A stretch of 64,000 bases of DNA from NCBI GenBank assembly GCA_951406725.2, contig OX597815.1:156674001-156738000 (forward strand), in the 5' to 3' direction. The notes under the pieces were generated by a model. That model was given only the letters and a program-made list of their open reading frames with translations. It was not told the origin of the DNA and made no database searches. Both the position numbers and the translations under genes were made by a program. Each line of letters starts with the position of its first letter. Position 1 is the first letter of the stretch. This DNA is from Octopus vulgaris (taxonomy: Eukaryota). Below are positions 13,143 to 26,403 of the stretch, piece after piece.

Positions 13143-13348
13143 GATTTCAAATTTTGGCTCAAGGCCAGCAACTTCGAGGCATGGGCTAAGTCGATGACAT
13201 CGAACCCAGTACTCAAACTGGTACGTATGGTATTGACGAAAAGCAAAGTTGACCTCGGTGGAATTTGAACTCAGATCCTGATGACGGCCGAAATGCCGAC
13301 AAAGCATTTTGCCCGACATGCAAGCGATTTGGACAGCTTGCCGCCTTA
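13143..13348 (-). mobile_element. SINE family A with ~17-bp TSD
   Basis: Flanks TAATTACTTTAAATATT (13126-13142) and TAATTACTTCAAGTATT (13349-13365). Confidence 0.85.
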
Positions 13349-13534
13349 TAATTACTTCAAGTATTTAAAAAAAAAAATACCTTAGCTGTCGTAGAAAACT
13401 AGGTCGCTATCCGTCGCTACGCTGCTGCAAAGAAATATCTGTTACTCATGCACGTACCTTCATAAATTGTTCAATGTAAATGTGTTTTTATATATAACAA
13501 ATGATTCGTTGTCTATATGTTCAAAGACACAGGA

Positions 13535-13565
<31 letters not shown>

Positions 13566-13566
13566 C

Positions 13567-13612
<46 letters not shown>

Positions 13613-13750
13613 CGATAAAGTAAATAATATATAATCGACTTTGAATTCCGTGTTGTGTTTTGTTGATAGATTGTAATTAAGATACCTGCGTTTTAAATTA
13701 TGACCTGTTAGTTACTATGGTGACAACACTACCCACCTACCTACTACTTC

Positions 13751-13800
<50 letters not shown>

Positions 13801-13906
13801 ACACATACACAAACAAACACAAACACACTCTCTCTCTCTCTTTCTTTCTCTCCTGCACGTCCTATTTCTCTCTCAACAACTTTTTCTCCTCCTTTTCTTC
13901 TAAATG

Positions 13907-14152
13907 TGAAGGCGCGTGGCTTAGTGGTTAGGGTGTTGAACTCATGTTCGTAAGGTTGTGGTTTCGATTCCTGGACCGGGTGATGCGTTGTGTTCTTGAG
14001 CAAAACATTTCATTTTCACGTTGCTCCAATCCACTCAGCTGGCAAAAATGAGTAATCCTGTGACGGACCGGCGTCCCGTCCAGGCGGGGAATTTCTACGC
14101 CACTGAAACCGGGAAACTGGCCTTCATGAGCCTGGCATGGCTCGAGAAGGAA
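13907..14152 (+). mobile_element. SINE family B copy
   Basis: A-box TGGCTTAGTGG, B-box GTTTCGATTCC, CORE-like middle. Confidence 0.85.
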
Positions 14153-14157
14153 CATTT

Positions 14158-14500
14158 GTGGAGGCGCAACGGCCCAGTGGTTAGGGCAGCGGACTCGCGG
14201 TCGGAGGATCGCGGTTTCGATTCCCAGACTGGGTGCTGTGTGTGTTTATTGAGCAAAAACACACACAGCACCCAGTCTGGGAATCGAAACCGCAATCCTC
14301 CGGTTCAAGCAGAGGGTGGTGGCGACCCCTGTTGTACTCTTTCGCCCCAACTTTCTCTCACTCTTTTATTCTGTTTTTTGTGTAACGCTGCGATGGAGTG
14401 GCGTCCCGTCCAGTTGGGGGGGGGAACATATACGCCATAGAAACCGGGAAACCGGGCCCATGGCCTGGCTAGGCTTGAAAAGGGCGCATAAATAAATAAA
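14158..14500 (+). mobile_element. tRNA-derived SINE containing a fold-back duplication
   Basis: A-box CGGCCCAGTGG, B-box GTTTCGATTCC, (TAAA)n tail; inverted copy of 14202-14247 at 14257-14302. Confidence 0.8.
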
Positions 14501-15456
14501 ACTTCTTCTATATATATTGAGTTTACTTTTGAAGCGAAAGAAAACTAGATGATACCGTCACAGCAAAAATTTGTATAAAATTCGTTTATTGAATTAGAGA
14601 ATTAGGATTTGATCGCATTAGGTTATTATTTACTTTTTTTTATTTGCTTTTAATTTTAATAAGTGACAATTATATTCATAGATGAAATAGATTTATGAAA
14701 GAAAACACATAACTTAATATTTTTGTTAATGCTAATCCCACTAAAACAAGAAAATAGATACTTTGTAGTTCTTTTTTAAAGATGGACTTATGGATCAATA
14801 AATGCAAATGGTGGCATGTTCGTTAATTATGTTAACGTCAATAGAAGCTAATATAAAAGAAAATAAAGCGTCTGTTGTACAGCCGACAGTAATCTCCATG
14901 ACACCCAACAACGCATTAACATCTATGCGAACCATCAATCAACTTATAACGAAGTTAACAAAACGAGGAAAGTAAAACAAAAGCGAAACATAAATAGAAA
15001 AGACCTAAATGAATGGAGAACGTACTAATTATCACAGACTTTTACTTCACTAAGTTATAAAAGAACAAAAATATGAGCTGAAACAGACAATGTTTTGTAA
15101 TGTGGCTGAGTTAGAAACTTTAAAAAAAATGCAACACAAAGTGTAGTTCTATCTATAACAACAGCCGCTCAAAAGTATGCTGAAATAGATTCTTTGTGTG
15201 GTAGTTAGTTGTTTATGAGTTTACTTACATTTTAATTTAGCTTTTTTATTTGTAGAAGATAGAGGTTGTAATAGGTTAATTACAAGGGTACCGAAATATT
15301 ATATCAGGGAAGGGGTAATTATAAGTTAATTAGATCTGTTTTTATGGATTCTGGCGTGACCTTGTTTGACATATTAAGTTGTCTATACATCTATTATATA
15401 GCTAATAAAAAAAGAAGCTGGCGTTATGAAGATGAAACAAGATCAATACAAAATAT

Positions 15457-15460
<4 letters not shown>

Positions 15461-15528
<68 letters not shown>

Positions 15529-15678
15529 ATATGCAACACAATTAATACACACGTATATACCCTAATGTATATACACCGATCTCTACATAGATACAAGCAT
15601 ACATACATAAATACATATATTCATACATACATACATACATACATACATACATACATACATACATACATACATACTTAC

Positions 15679-15709
<31 letters not shown>

Positions 15710-15744
15710 CATACATACATACATACATACATACATACATACAT
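15461..15744. repeat. (TA)n and (TACA)n microsatellites
   Basis: Direct reading. Confidence 0.95.
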
Positions 15745-17286
15745 TTCCAAGAATATATATAAACAAAAGAATCAGATGAGATTGGCTGAATGAATGAGTG
15801 ATGAAAGATAAAAAATGTAAGAGAACAGCAAGGACAGGTCGATAATGAGACTGTCGTCTGCACGAAATACATCCGATTAGTCTTTACATTGCTCATTGAT
15901 CAACTCTCTCTCTCTCTTTCCTTCTCTTCATTTTTTAATCAATCTAATAGCTCGGTTGAAGCAAAAGGCTACAAATTCAAAAATATGTTCAGAAATTCAC
16001 CCACTCCACCATGGCTATCCGAAAAATGATATTTATTTAGGAAATTGTTACGTTTTTAATATATTTAATCCTTTATTTGCTTCAAGATATTAGAATGCGA
16101 CCATGCCGGAGCATCACCTTGAAGAATTCTGGTCGATTGAATCAACCCCAGTACTTTTTTCTTCATTTTTTGGGGGGAAAGAGTTAAAGAAATTTTCATT
16201 TAGTGATTGTGCGAAAGGTGAAGATGGAGATCTCAGAATATACGAAAAATATAAAGTAGGCATAAACAAAAAGAATTCCTTTGTATTCTTAACCAATTCC
16301 AGATACTAAATCGATATTTCATTCTCCCGCTAGCATGAATTATTTTGCCATATTCGATTTTAAAAAATATCTCATCAGATAGAAATATGTTCTGAGTTTA
16401 ATCTACTTTAAAATAAAATCGACGCTTTCTAAGAGCTAACAGTTTTTAAGCGTAAGGAAAGATTGTTTTCCTTATAAGAATTTGTAAATGAAATTTTCCT
16501 CTGATTGTATCTTTTAGAGAAAAAGAAAAATGCTGTCAAATAAGTGAATTTGAATAGGTACTTTAGAATTGTCTAGACTAAAATGTTATTAATCATTTTG
16601 TCAACATCATGTTAACAAGTCAAAATACAGTAAAAATCTTACAGACATTTCGTTTGTTATTCATTTTATTTAGCATTACACTTTGTGAACAATGACGTCG
16701 GTTACACGCTTCGAGTGGATCAGTCATTGGTTCACAGCATTTAAGATTGTAAAAGTGAAGATATTGTCTGTACAAATTGCTTGGAATAAATACTGTAAGG
16801 TACTTCTTCCTATAGCATTAGATTATTGATTTTCTCGCCGATATTTACTCTCTTCGCTGAAAGATGCTCACACAAGGATTATAATATATACAGCTCTATA
16901 ATTTTAAAGGAAATCACTGGCCCAATATTATAGTTTCGTACGAATATCTCCTCAATGAGTCAAAGCACGATTTAATAGATACGAAGATATTCTAACGAAA
17001 CCTATGGCATCAGATTTGTATATTTGTATGTTAGATCTCAATTTGTGCCTCTATACGAAAACTATGTATTGAAATTATTATGTAACAGGACGCACTTTTT
17101 AATTTCTGTGGATTACTTATCAACATTGCTTTTTAAATGCATATGTCATATTAACTTAAATAATTATCTGTTATTTTTTTATGTCACTTTTTAGTTTTTA
17201 AATAAAAGTGATAAAAGTGGCGACGTTCCAGAAGGCAAAAGAGAATGCCACGTGACTGTTTTTATTGAAATATTGAGGTAAACATA

Positions 17287-17322
<36 letters not shown>

Positions 17323-17499
17323 CATAATCATCATGCACGCATTTGACACACATATTAGTAGTAGTATTGATTGTGTTAGACAAAGAACTAGAATAATGCA
17401 TGAAATGGAAGCGATAACATGTAGGAAAGATTTGTCAGTGGAGCCTGAAATAAAATCGATTGCATGTTGGTTAAACTTATGCATCATATTACCTTCTAT

Positions 17500-17706
17500 A
17501 ATGGACAGAAGACCAGCAATTTGGTGAGGGTGTGATTAGTCGATTAGAACCACCCCATTGTTCAACTGGTATTTATTGTACAGACGTCAAAAGGATGAAA
17601 TGCAGAGTCTACCTACGAAGCATTTGAACTCAGAACATGTAACCGGAAGAAAAGCCACTAAGCATTTTCTCCGGCGTGCTAAGTATTCTGCCAGCTCGTT
17701 GCCTTA
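17500..17706 (-). mobile_element. SINE family A copy
   Basis: Ends ...CTGCCAGCTCGTTGCCTT, the complement of the tRNA head. Confidence 0.8.
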
Positions 17707-18809
17707 GCCTTCACCACCATATTAATCTGTCTGCATTAGACGCAGGTTCAGTTTCACTTGTCGGCTTAGATTATTCCAGAGAATAAGTAAGCAACTACGG
17801 CTATGCATTTTGAGAAGTGTTACTCGATGAAATGAGTTCAATACGATTCTCTTTATTATTTTATCAACCCCTTAGATCATGTCATGGTCAAATTGGTTTT
17901 ACATTCATCAGGGGTCAATAAAATGAAGAGCCAGCCAAGTACTGAGGTCGATGTAACCAATTAAGCCTCTACCCACGTGTATATTTAGAAATATTTCATC
18001 AAACACGGAAATAAGGAAGTAAAACAGTAACCGTTTACTATGTGGGTCTTGAAATAACCCTTCATGGGAGAAATTTAGCACACTTGTCAAATTAAAGCTT
18101 TATTCGCTGCATGCAGCAGAGACAGCATTAGATAAAATTAGTCATCTGTGGTACATATGTAATGCAATGCATTAAGAACGGTAAACTAACTGCAGTATTC
18201 GTCCAGAGATAATCTTTCGTGGTGTCCCCACAGGTTATTATATACTTGTCATCCGTTCATGGGGCTAAAGAATATGCATAGCCTACTTTTACATTACCGG
18301 AAATTGTAAGGTTTAATATTAACATATTATGGAGGATAGAAGGAACACATTGAATGATCCTTTTTGTGGTTGCACTTTTCCCTCGAATTATCAGCTAAAT
18401 CTTCATGAAATCGACCACTATCATTTTAAAGAAGGACCATATAAGATGATGTATTAAAGACATATCTCTAAAAAGAGATGCGTGTTAGGCTGGAATTCCT
18501 CATAGATAAGCCGATTAAATTTAAACTAATATTATAGGACAAGAATGACAATTAGATTGTTTGGTTATACCAAATGAAATAGAAGACTTAATTGAACCGT
18601 TGGGGTTATTGCTTGGCTATTGGATCATTGACTGAACCTAGGTGTACAAAATAATTTACGACTATTTGAATTCTTTTCGAAGCTTGAAAGATTGTTTTCT
18701 GAGTCCATAAAAATAACTTTATTTTAGCTTGTTGCTCTTCAAAATTTTTGAAAATGCTAGAACTGGCATCAACTTTATAAAGTTCTGAGTAAAGAAACTA
18801 ACAAAAACG

Positions 18810-21800
18810 TATATTGTAGGTGGTGTTTCATAGTCGAATGATTAGGTTTCAAGTATTTACGTAACTGATAGTGAAATTACCAATAACGTACGACGTTAAA
18901 AAGCCATCCTGTTCGAATTATTTATATTCGGAACAGTAAGACAAGAATCAACACAGAGACAAACACCCATTTGTCATGTTACCTGTACAACTAAATAACC
19001 AAGATAATCGCAGGAGTTTCGCTGTTTCATTCTCTATAGTAAAACAGTTCCAATTTCATTAATAATCTTCCAAGTGCTGTGAAAAAGGTGGAAACATATA
19101 TTAAGTTTATATTTCGGCATTATTACTGAAAAAAATGACTAAGTAGATCAGTAATTTTTACGACTATTCAGAAAATTTTCCCTATGATTTAGATTGTGAT
19201 CGGAAGTAAATATGGATAACTAGTGAGTAAATTATCAAGATTATATTCAAACACATAACCACCAAAGAAAGAAAACAACATGGGGCCCCAATTTTTAAAG
19301 CCGATATATGTATAAAGGTCTGTTAAATCGAAATTGAACTTATAGAAGCGAGTATTTAAAGTAGTGAAATTTTAGCAACCAGCCTCGCGATCTCTTCATC
19401 TGAAGAGCAAAATGTCGGTTTGTGAGGAAGAAAGTTTTATATTCACTGAACATGAAAATAGATTGTAAGACCCTTGTATTAAAGAGGTTTTAAGGATATT
19501 GTTCTAAAAAGAATGAAATTTGAAGGAAGGAAATAATATTTAAAGTGTTTTCAACGGTGATTATAGAGTTGGTATGTATGGAAAATTGAAATATATAGAT
19601 ATCTGCGCACGACGACAAAATAAATTACAAATAAGTCCTGGAAGATTTAAATTGCCAAATCTTACCTGTACTTTTTATAAAATATAAAATTCGTATAACT
19701 GATAGATTGATATTTGTTTTTAGTATTGTTCTCGTCTATAGAGTTGAAAATATTTATATCAATTCTATGTTTTTTATCATTTTCACCTCCAGTGGATATT
19801 AGGTGGCTTATAGTAACTTATTACATTGAAACTAGGAATCCTTATTCCCGACTGAGGTTAAAAATGGGGTTGTGCAATTTTGTAGAGGTTCCTAGTTGGA
19901 ATCCAGTCCGAAAATCTCTACTTCTCCCGAAAAATATCTGATAATCATCAGAGATAGGATACATCTAAATGTTATGTAATTATAAATATATAAATTTCAT
20001 TCAGACATTCAAATATCTTGTGATAGCGAATCGAAAGTGTTCGCCATTTTTGTTCACTGATTAATTATGAATTAGTAAGAAACTAAGCGAAAAACCAGAA
20101 ATTTATGCGAGATTTATGAGGAAATATAAATAGCTGTTAGGATATAAACATCTAATATCTTCCGTATGAATATTCTTGTTTTGGTGTGCAGCTGGTCCGT
20201 ACAAAACAAATAAGGACATTGTATTACTATACAATTTGCTTTTTCTATGTCTTGCTTCGATTCTCTGGTTTGTAAAAACCACAATTTTGTGCTAGTTTTT
20301 CAAGAATTCTTTAGTTAACAACATCGTAACTGAGTTATTGGTATGTTTATTGCTTTGGTCATGAATATATTTCAACACTGGCGAGGGTACTGCTGAACCT
20401 TCGGTACTGTAAATGATATATCCACTTGGCCCCTTAGCTAGTTCCAACGTTTACTCTGGTACTGTACATGGTAACTCAAATACTCATCTGAAGCGTATAA
20501 ATTAGGGAAATAGACATTGTTTTCTATTAACATGACTCTACTAGCAACACAGGACAAAATTCACTATACACTTAATCCAATAAAGGAACTAGAAATAAAA
20601 TGCCCTTTTTGATAACAACATAACATTTATTCACTTGTTCATTTGCGGGAAGTTTTTACTGTGGTTGGAAATTGCACAATTTCTAAAGACCATTCAATAT
20701 GAGACATTTTGAACATTGAAAATTAATGTTGAGTATTGTGGTTAGATATTCCTACTGATATTTAATTTAAAATGTGGCTTTTAAAACCATTTTTTATACA
20801 TTACAATTACAATGAAAACGTTATTCAATATTTTGATTTTAAAACAAATGATAAAAATTAAATAAAATTCGTTGCATTCAAATTTTAAAATCATCATTAC
20901 AAAATTATTGCCTTCTGAAATTGCTTCTGCTTTGAATTTAATAAAGAGCTGCTTTTTTATTTATTTATTTATTTAATTTCTACTTTTTCATTCTCAGTGA
21001 AATACATGTCTTTTGAAATAAGATGTCATCCAAATTCTTGCGAATGTAAAAATAAAAAATAAAATGGACATTAAATAATGTCGCAAGAGAAAGAAATCAG
21101 TGCATGTTAGACGGAAAATTAAATGAAACGAATTGTTACAAGTTATTCAGTACTTCGGCAGCAGCCTACACAGCTTACATTACGTTTAAGCCTGAATAAT
21201 ACATCCGGAAATAAAGCTGGTTCTGACAATAAATATAACAAAATAAAAATATTTCCACTGCAAATTCGTTCGACGTTTATTTTGACTTGATCGGAAATAG
21301 AGAGGAAGTCCAATTTGATCATTTTTTCTCCTTAAACAATAAAATTTTTCTCAACTTTAGCTTGCTTCCTAACACAACCTATTCCTCGCTTTCTGCTATT
21401 AGGTTTAATAAATTGATTTTCTTCGTCTGGCTTCAATAGCATTGGTTACTATGCTCGTTGACCAGTTTCCTGTTCCTAAAAAGGCTATTCCATCTGTTAC
21501 GTTGAGATACTTGATCTGAATTCTACAATAATCACATAATATTACTTCATCTAGTGAGAGAAACTGTCTAGTTAGTTTATGTTCGGCTATACGAAAACAA
21601 AAGCCAGGCAATGTCATTTCTGTTACAAAACTAAAGCAATGAGTTGTGATTTTAGCCCTACGCCAGCCAGCCTTCATTGAGTAAACTTACCGATGATATT
21701 CAAAGTATGCGTATCTCACTTTGTAGAGGCATAATGTATACAGTAATATTTCGTATTATTAGCTCAAATGTGCCTTTCCATTTTCTTCGGACTGTATGAT

Positions 21801-21974
21801 TCGGTTTCAGGTTATTTTGACTGCGAATTTTCGAGTGTCAAACACCGCCTCAATGTTTGAAATGTGCCAAATACCACTGCAATGTAAGACGTTTCTATGC
21901 CTAATTAAAAAGTAACATCAATGTCACTGAAGTACATATCGTAGGAAGAGGGCGACTGATTGAATGCTTCGATC
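18810..21974 (-). pseudogene. Decayed immunoglobulin-superfamily type I membrane protein gene (V-type Ig, ~3 further Ig domains, TM, Tyr-containing tail)
   Basis: Exon-like blocks with AG/GT(AAG) borders: 21974-21691 (SVTL..LQWY..GTFELIIRNIT..HTLNII|gtaag); 21515-21179 (..GLNV|gtaag); 20487-~20195 (LELAKGPSG..GSAVPSP..SNTMSLFVLYGP); ~19940-19666 (FNVISYYKPPNIHW); ~19503-19400 (GSY..FSCSVN); ~19319-19180 (CFLSLVVMCLNIILIIYSLVIHIYFR); 19076-18983. Many stops and frameshifts. Confidence 0.55.
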
Positions 21975-22159
21975 CTACGAAAAATAGGATAAAAAAAAGA
22001 TTTAGTTACAAATGTATTTTACTTTGCAAATGGTGCATCCTATTTTTTAAAACAAAATATTTCTTTAAGAATAAGTTCTCTTTCTAAAAATTTATTTTAT
22101 AATGCCCCAGTAAAAATACCTGCGGAAGTTTGTCCGTAAAATATAAGTACATGCATGTT

Positions 22160-22490
22160 TGTGTGGTTAGGTCCTCTTCACAAACTCGTGGCTTCGGATT
22201 CAGTCCCACTGGGCAGCATATTGAGCAACTGTCTTCCGCTTTAGCCCAGGGCAACCGATGCCTCTAATAGATTGGAGTTGTAAAAAACTACTGTGTGTGT
22301 ATTTGTGTGTGGGAGGTGCGCATTCATACGTTTGTCTCCGCACACAGAACGTTTAAAAACAGATCTTAGTTTGTTTACACACCCAAAACATAAGAGTTCG
22401 ACAAAAGTGACGGATAAAATAAGTTTCAGGCATTAGAAGAAAAGTAAGTACTGTGGGTCGATTGCACCGACACAATCCTTCAAGCTGATG
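22160..22490 (+). mobile_element. SINE family C, degraded
   Basis: GGATTCAGTCCCACT head, internal (TG)n, diverged 3' part. Confidence 0.6.
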
Positions 22491-22536
22491 CTACGTATAT
22501 ATGTATATATATATAAATAAATATAAATAAATATAA

Positions 22537-22656
<120 letters not shown>

Positions 22657-22678
22657 CATATATATATAAACATATATA

Positions 22679-23233
22679 TTAGGTTGTCCGGAAAGTTCGT
22701 GCCGATTTTTAAAGGAAAGAAAAAGGTCAATAAATACTTGCCATTACATTTTTAATCAATCAAATAGGAACCATTTTATTGCACAATGCGTCTCCATCTT
22801 TCCTTTAACTTGGAAATATCTTCTTGCCAGAATTGAGGTGGTTTCATGGCAATGAATTCATCAAGGTATCTTGTTACGTCATTCAAAGAATTGAAATTTT
22901 TACCATAAGATTATTTCTGGTGAGATCTGAATAAGTGGAAATCCGAAGGAGCAATACCTAGTGAATATGGAGGGTGGAGTATCACATACCAGCAAAGATG
23001 CAGCAATTTTTGTCTGGTTCCCAAAGCATCAGGTGCCGAAAATGAACTTTCTCATCTTCCTGGGTTACAGAATTAATACAGGTTATAAGAACATAAATTT
23101 TCTTCCACGAAAAGATAGCTTTACCTGTGCTCTAAATGGAGGTGTAGTCAAATCCTATTTTAGTTACTCAACCATGTTTTAAAATAAGTCGAAAGGTAAG
23201 CTACTATAAATCGGCACGAACTTTCAGGACAAA

Positions 23234-23237
<4 letters not shown>
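22679..23237 (-). mobile_element. Internally deleted mariner (non-autonomous), inserted in (TA)n
   Basis: ~30-bp TIRs TTAGGTTGTCCGGAAAGTTCGTGCCGATTT / AAATCGGCACGAACTTTCAGGACAAACCAA; remnant HPPYS..IAPSDFHLFRS on the minus strand. Confidence 0.9.
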
Positions 23238-23317
<80 letters not shown>

Positions 23318-23339
23318 CATATATACATACATATATACA

Positions 23340-23401
<62 letters not shown>

Positions 23402-23473
23402 TATACATAGATACATGCATATATACGTATATATGTATATGTACATATGTGTATACATACATATATACATACA

Positions 23474-23543
<70 letters not shown>

Positions 23544-23619
23544 TATACATAGATACATGCATATATACGTATATATGTATATGTACATATGTGTATATAT
23601 ACATATATACATAGACATT

Positions 23620-23910
23620 GGCACTCTGTCGGTTACAAGGACGAGGGTTCCAGTTGATCCGATCAGCGGAACAGCCTGCTCGTGAAATTAACATGCAAGT
23701 GGCTGAGCACTCCATAAACACGTGTACCCTTAACGAAGTTCTCAGGAAGCACAGCGTTACACATAGTTTGACAAGCCTAGCCCTTTGAAATACAAGTACT
23801 ACCCATTTTTGGCAAATGAGTGGGCTGGAGCAACGTGACATAAAGTGTCTTGCTCAAGGAGTCAACACGTCGCCAGGAATTGAACTGACTACCTTAATAT
23901 CGTGGTTTGA
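23620..23910 (-). mobile_element. SINE family B copy
   Basis: Similar to 31941-32273. Confidence 0.8.
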
Positions 23911-24125
23911 AATTATGTGAAACAAATAGACTTTTCAACTTTGTTTTCTTTATTATTTTTAATACTGGGTCAACGAATATATGTATTACGTGAGGTCTGG
24001 ATTACACACACGTTCAAATAAAATGCGGATCCATTTCCAGATTCTCTGCTTGATGAAAACCCTATCGATTCAGAATCCTTTGCTGACGTAGAAGGGCGAC
24101 TGTGATTTGGTCAATTTTTTTCTAA

Positions 24126-24580
24126 TCAACCTCTGAACGTTCTATTTAGATACTGCTTGATCTGTTCCGCCAATGATAATTTTTCTAATTGTCCGTTGAT
24201 CCGGTAAAAAAATCTTATTCTCTCTGTGGTGCTCTTTTTCTTTACTACAACTGTAGTGTTTAAAGGAATTGCACTTGGAACAGGAAATGTCAAATAAATC
24301 ATGTGTTGCATTGTTTTTAAACATATTAGGCTTTGTTTGAAACGATGGCACATTTTTTTCTACTTTTCACAGACTTTAGTAATGCTTGGTACTTTAGAGA
24401 AATGTTTAAGATTTTCGGTTTAACACAAAGGATGGATGCCTTTTACCAAAGAACTATCTTTTCTGCTACAATCTTGACAATTTATTTCATTGAAGGATCT
24501 TTCTTAACTACATTTTAGCACGTCCTTGTAATTAGCCAAACTCGCTTGCAAAGCACCAAATATGGGCGACACATCACTAA
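24126..24580 (-). mobile_element. DNA-transposase-like N-terminal remnant (family uncertain, possibly Sola-like)
   Basis: Broken frames read KDPS...VAEKIVLW*KASI ... LFDISCSKC..F...C.K....E..FL.DQRT.RK.IIGG.D, a motif set I associate with invertebrate transposon-derived proteins. Confidence 0.45.
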
Positions 24581-25122
24581 ATGTGAACGACATTAAATTT
24601 AACACGTGGTTAAGTTTAATACAAGGGACTAAATCAAGGTACAAAGCAGAAAACTTCACACACGTATGACGTTACGTTCACACGCAAGGACCGTTGCAGC
24701 GGCATTGGAGAGAAGTTCAGGCTATACTCAATGCGGAACCTCAAGTTATTAAAGAATTGTATTAGAACTTGGTATGCAACCGCTTAGGGATACTATGTTT
24801 ACTGTTTTGCCTTCTATGATGTAGATATATCTATTCGTTACGAAACTTCGACCCAAAATAGAGATTTTTTAAATTTCTTAATTGCGTTGCGGAGTCTAAA
24901 AACAATATTTGACCGCAAAGTTCCTTATACGACTTTCTTGTAACTCTAATGTGCAACTAATTATCGATTCGTGGTTACCAATTTCGAAAGCTGCATATTT
25001 CGTTCCACCTTATGGAATAATTTCGATGAAAGACTGGAATCCGACTGACTAGATAGTCTAAAGCTCGTGATGAATACAGCATTGGAAACACCCCACCTTT
25101 CTACCCTTCAAGGAACTTACGA

Positions 25123-25157
<35 letters not shown>

Positions 25158-25170
25158 TATGTATATCCAT

Positions 25171-25209
<39 letters not shown>

Positions 25210-25275
25210 TATGTATATATAAATACATAGATGTGCCTACATACGTATATATACATATGCATATATGTCTATAGA

Positions 25276-25325
<50 letters not shown>

Positions 25326-26281
25326 ATATATATTTGTGTAACATTGTCTGTTTTTCCGTCCTTGGTTTTAGTATACATTCGATGTTTTCTTCCAAGGAAT
25401 CTAATGCCCTTAGCTTAGTTTTTCCTTTGGGCTGGCCAGATTGGAGCAATCTCAAGAATAGTCAGCCGAAATTGCGAGGATGATCTGGGGTTCTTGATTG
25501 AGGATAGAAAGCTTAGAATGACCCGTCCTTGGTTTTTGTATCGTCTATCTGGATGTTTTACTGTCAATGCAACCTGCGGAGAAATAGCTAAAAACTGCCG
25601 TTTATAAGTATACCATATGTTATATACATATTGTAAGTGCACTGTTATAAACACACACAGACACACACACACATATATATATATATGTATATATATATAT
25701 GTATATGTATGTATATGTGTGCGTATACACACACATACACACCGAGAAAGACAAACAGAGAGAGAGAGAGAGAAAGAAAGAGGCATTAATCTTCATTGTA
25801 CGTATTAGGCTTATCGCTCAGGTCCAGAAACAATCTAAGAAATGTTTCAGGCTATTGAACATGACATTACCGCCATTATTAGTGTGCTACGTCTACTTAC
25901 GCACATTCTGGACATTCCATAAGAACCCATTAACTGAGAAACGGTGACTCATTAACACACTATAACCAGTAAAACACGCGTGTCTCTTGTAATTCTCTTG
26001 TAATGGTGACTCCTCTGAACTTACTTGGAAAAGAAAACATTTTTAACTATAGCACTCGTATTCCCAGAGAAGCAGATCAATAAAACTAAGATTTATGCAC
26101 TGATTCTTCTTGGACAATATATATATATATATACTCACATATATATTTGTATGTATATATACACATATAAAGTAAAGATCATTTGCTAACATAAGGTGTC
26201 AGTCATGGGTGGGACAAATGTTACTGTTATTTAGCCTCGGGAAACTCGAATAGGGACGCTCAGTACCCCCATCCAACACAA

Positions 26282-26340
26282 AGCAACATCTGTGGACCGG
26301 TTTTTGGGTTATTGTTCTTCATCAGCACACAGATGCTGCT
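26282..26340 (-). ncRNA. Degenerate minimal hammerhead ribozyme (PLE type)
   Basis: AGCAGCAUCUGUG..CUGAUGA-A-(broken stem II)-AAAA-CCGG-UC-CACAGAUGUUGCU; 13-bp stem I, palindromic ACCGGU; GAAA mutated. Confidence 0.6.
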
Positions 26341-26345
26341 CTTCA

Positions 26346-26403
<58 letters not shown>

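Noticed and set aside
13278-13296. CTGATGA-CGGCC-GAAA hammerhead-like string
   Set aside because: It lies in a SINE tRNA head whose other copies read differently, and it has no stem I or III; a chance match
13907-13985. tRNA-like sequence with A and B boxes
   Set aside because: It continues into a SINE body found in several copies; a SINE head, not a tRNA gene (the same applies to 14158 and 32273)
25835-25886. Possible very decayed hammerhead on the minus strand (CTAATAA...TGAAACAT)
   Set aside because: It needs too many substitutions and stem I is unsupported
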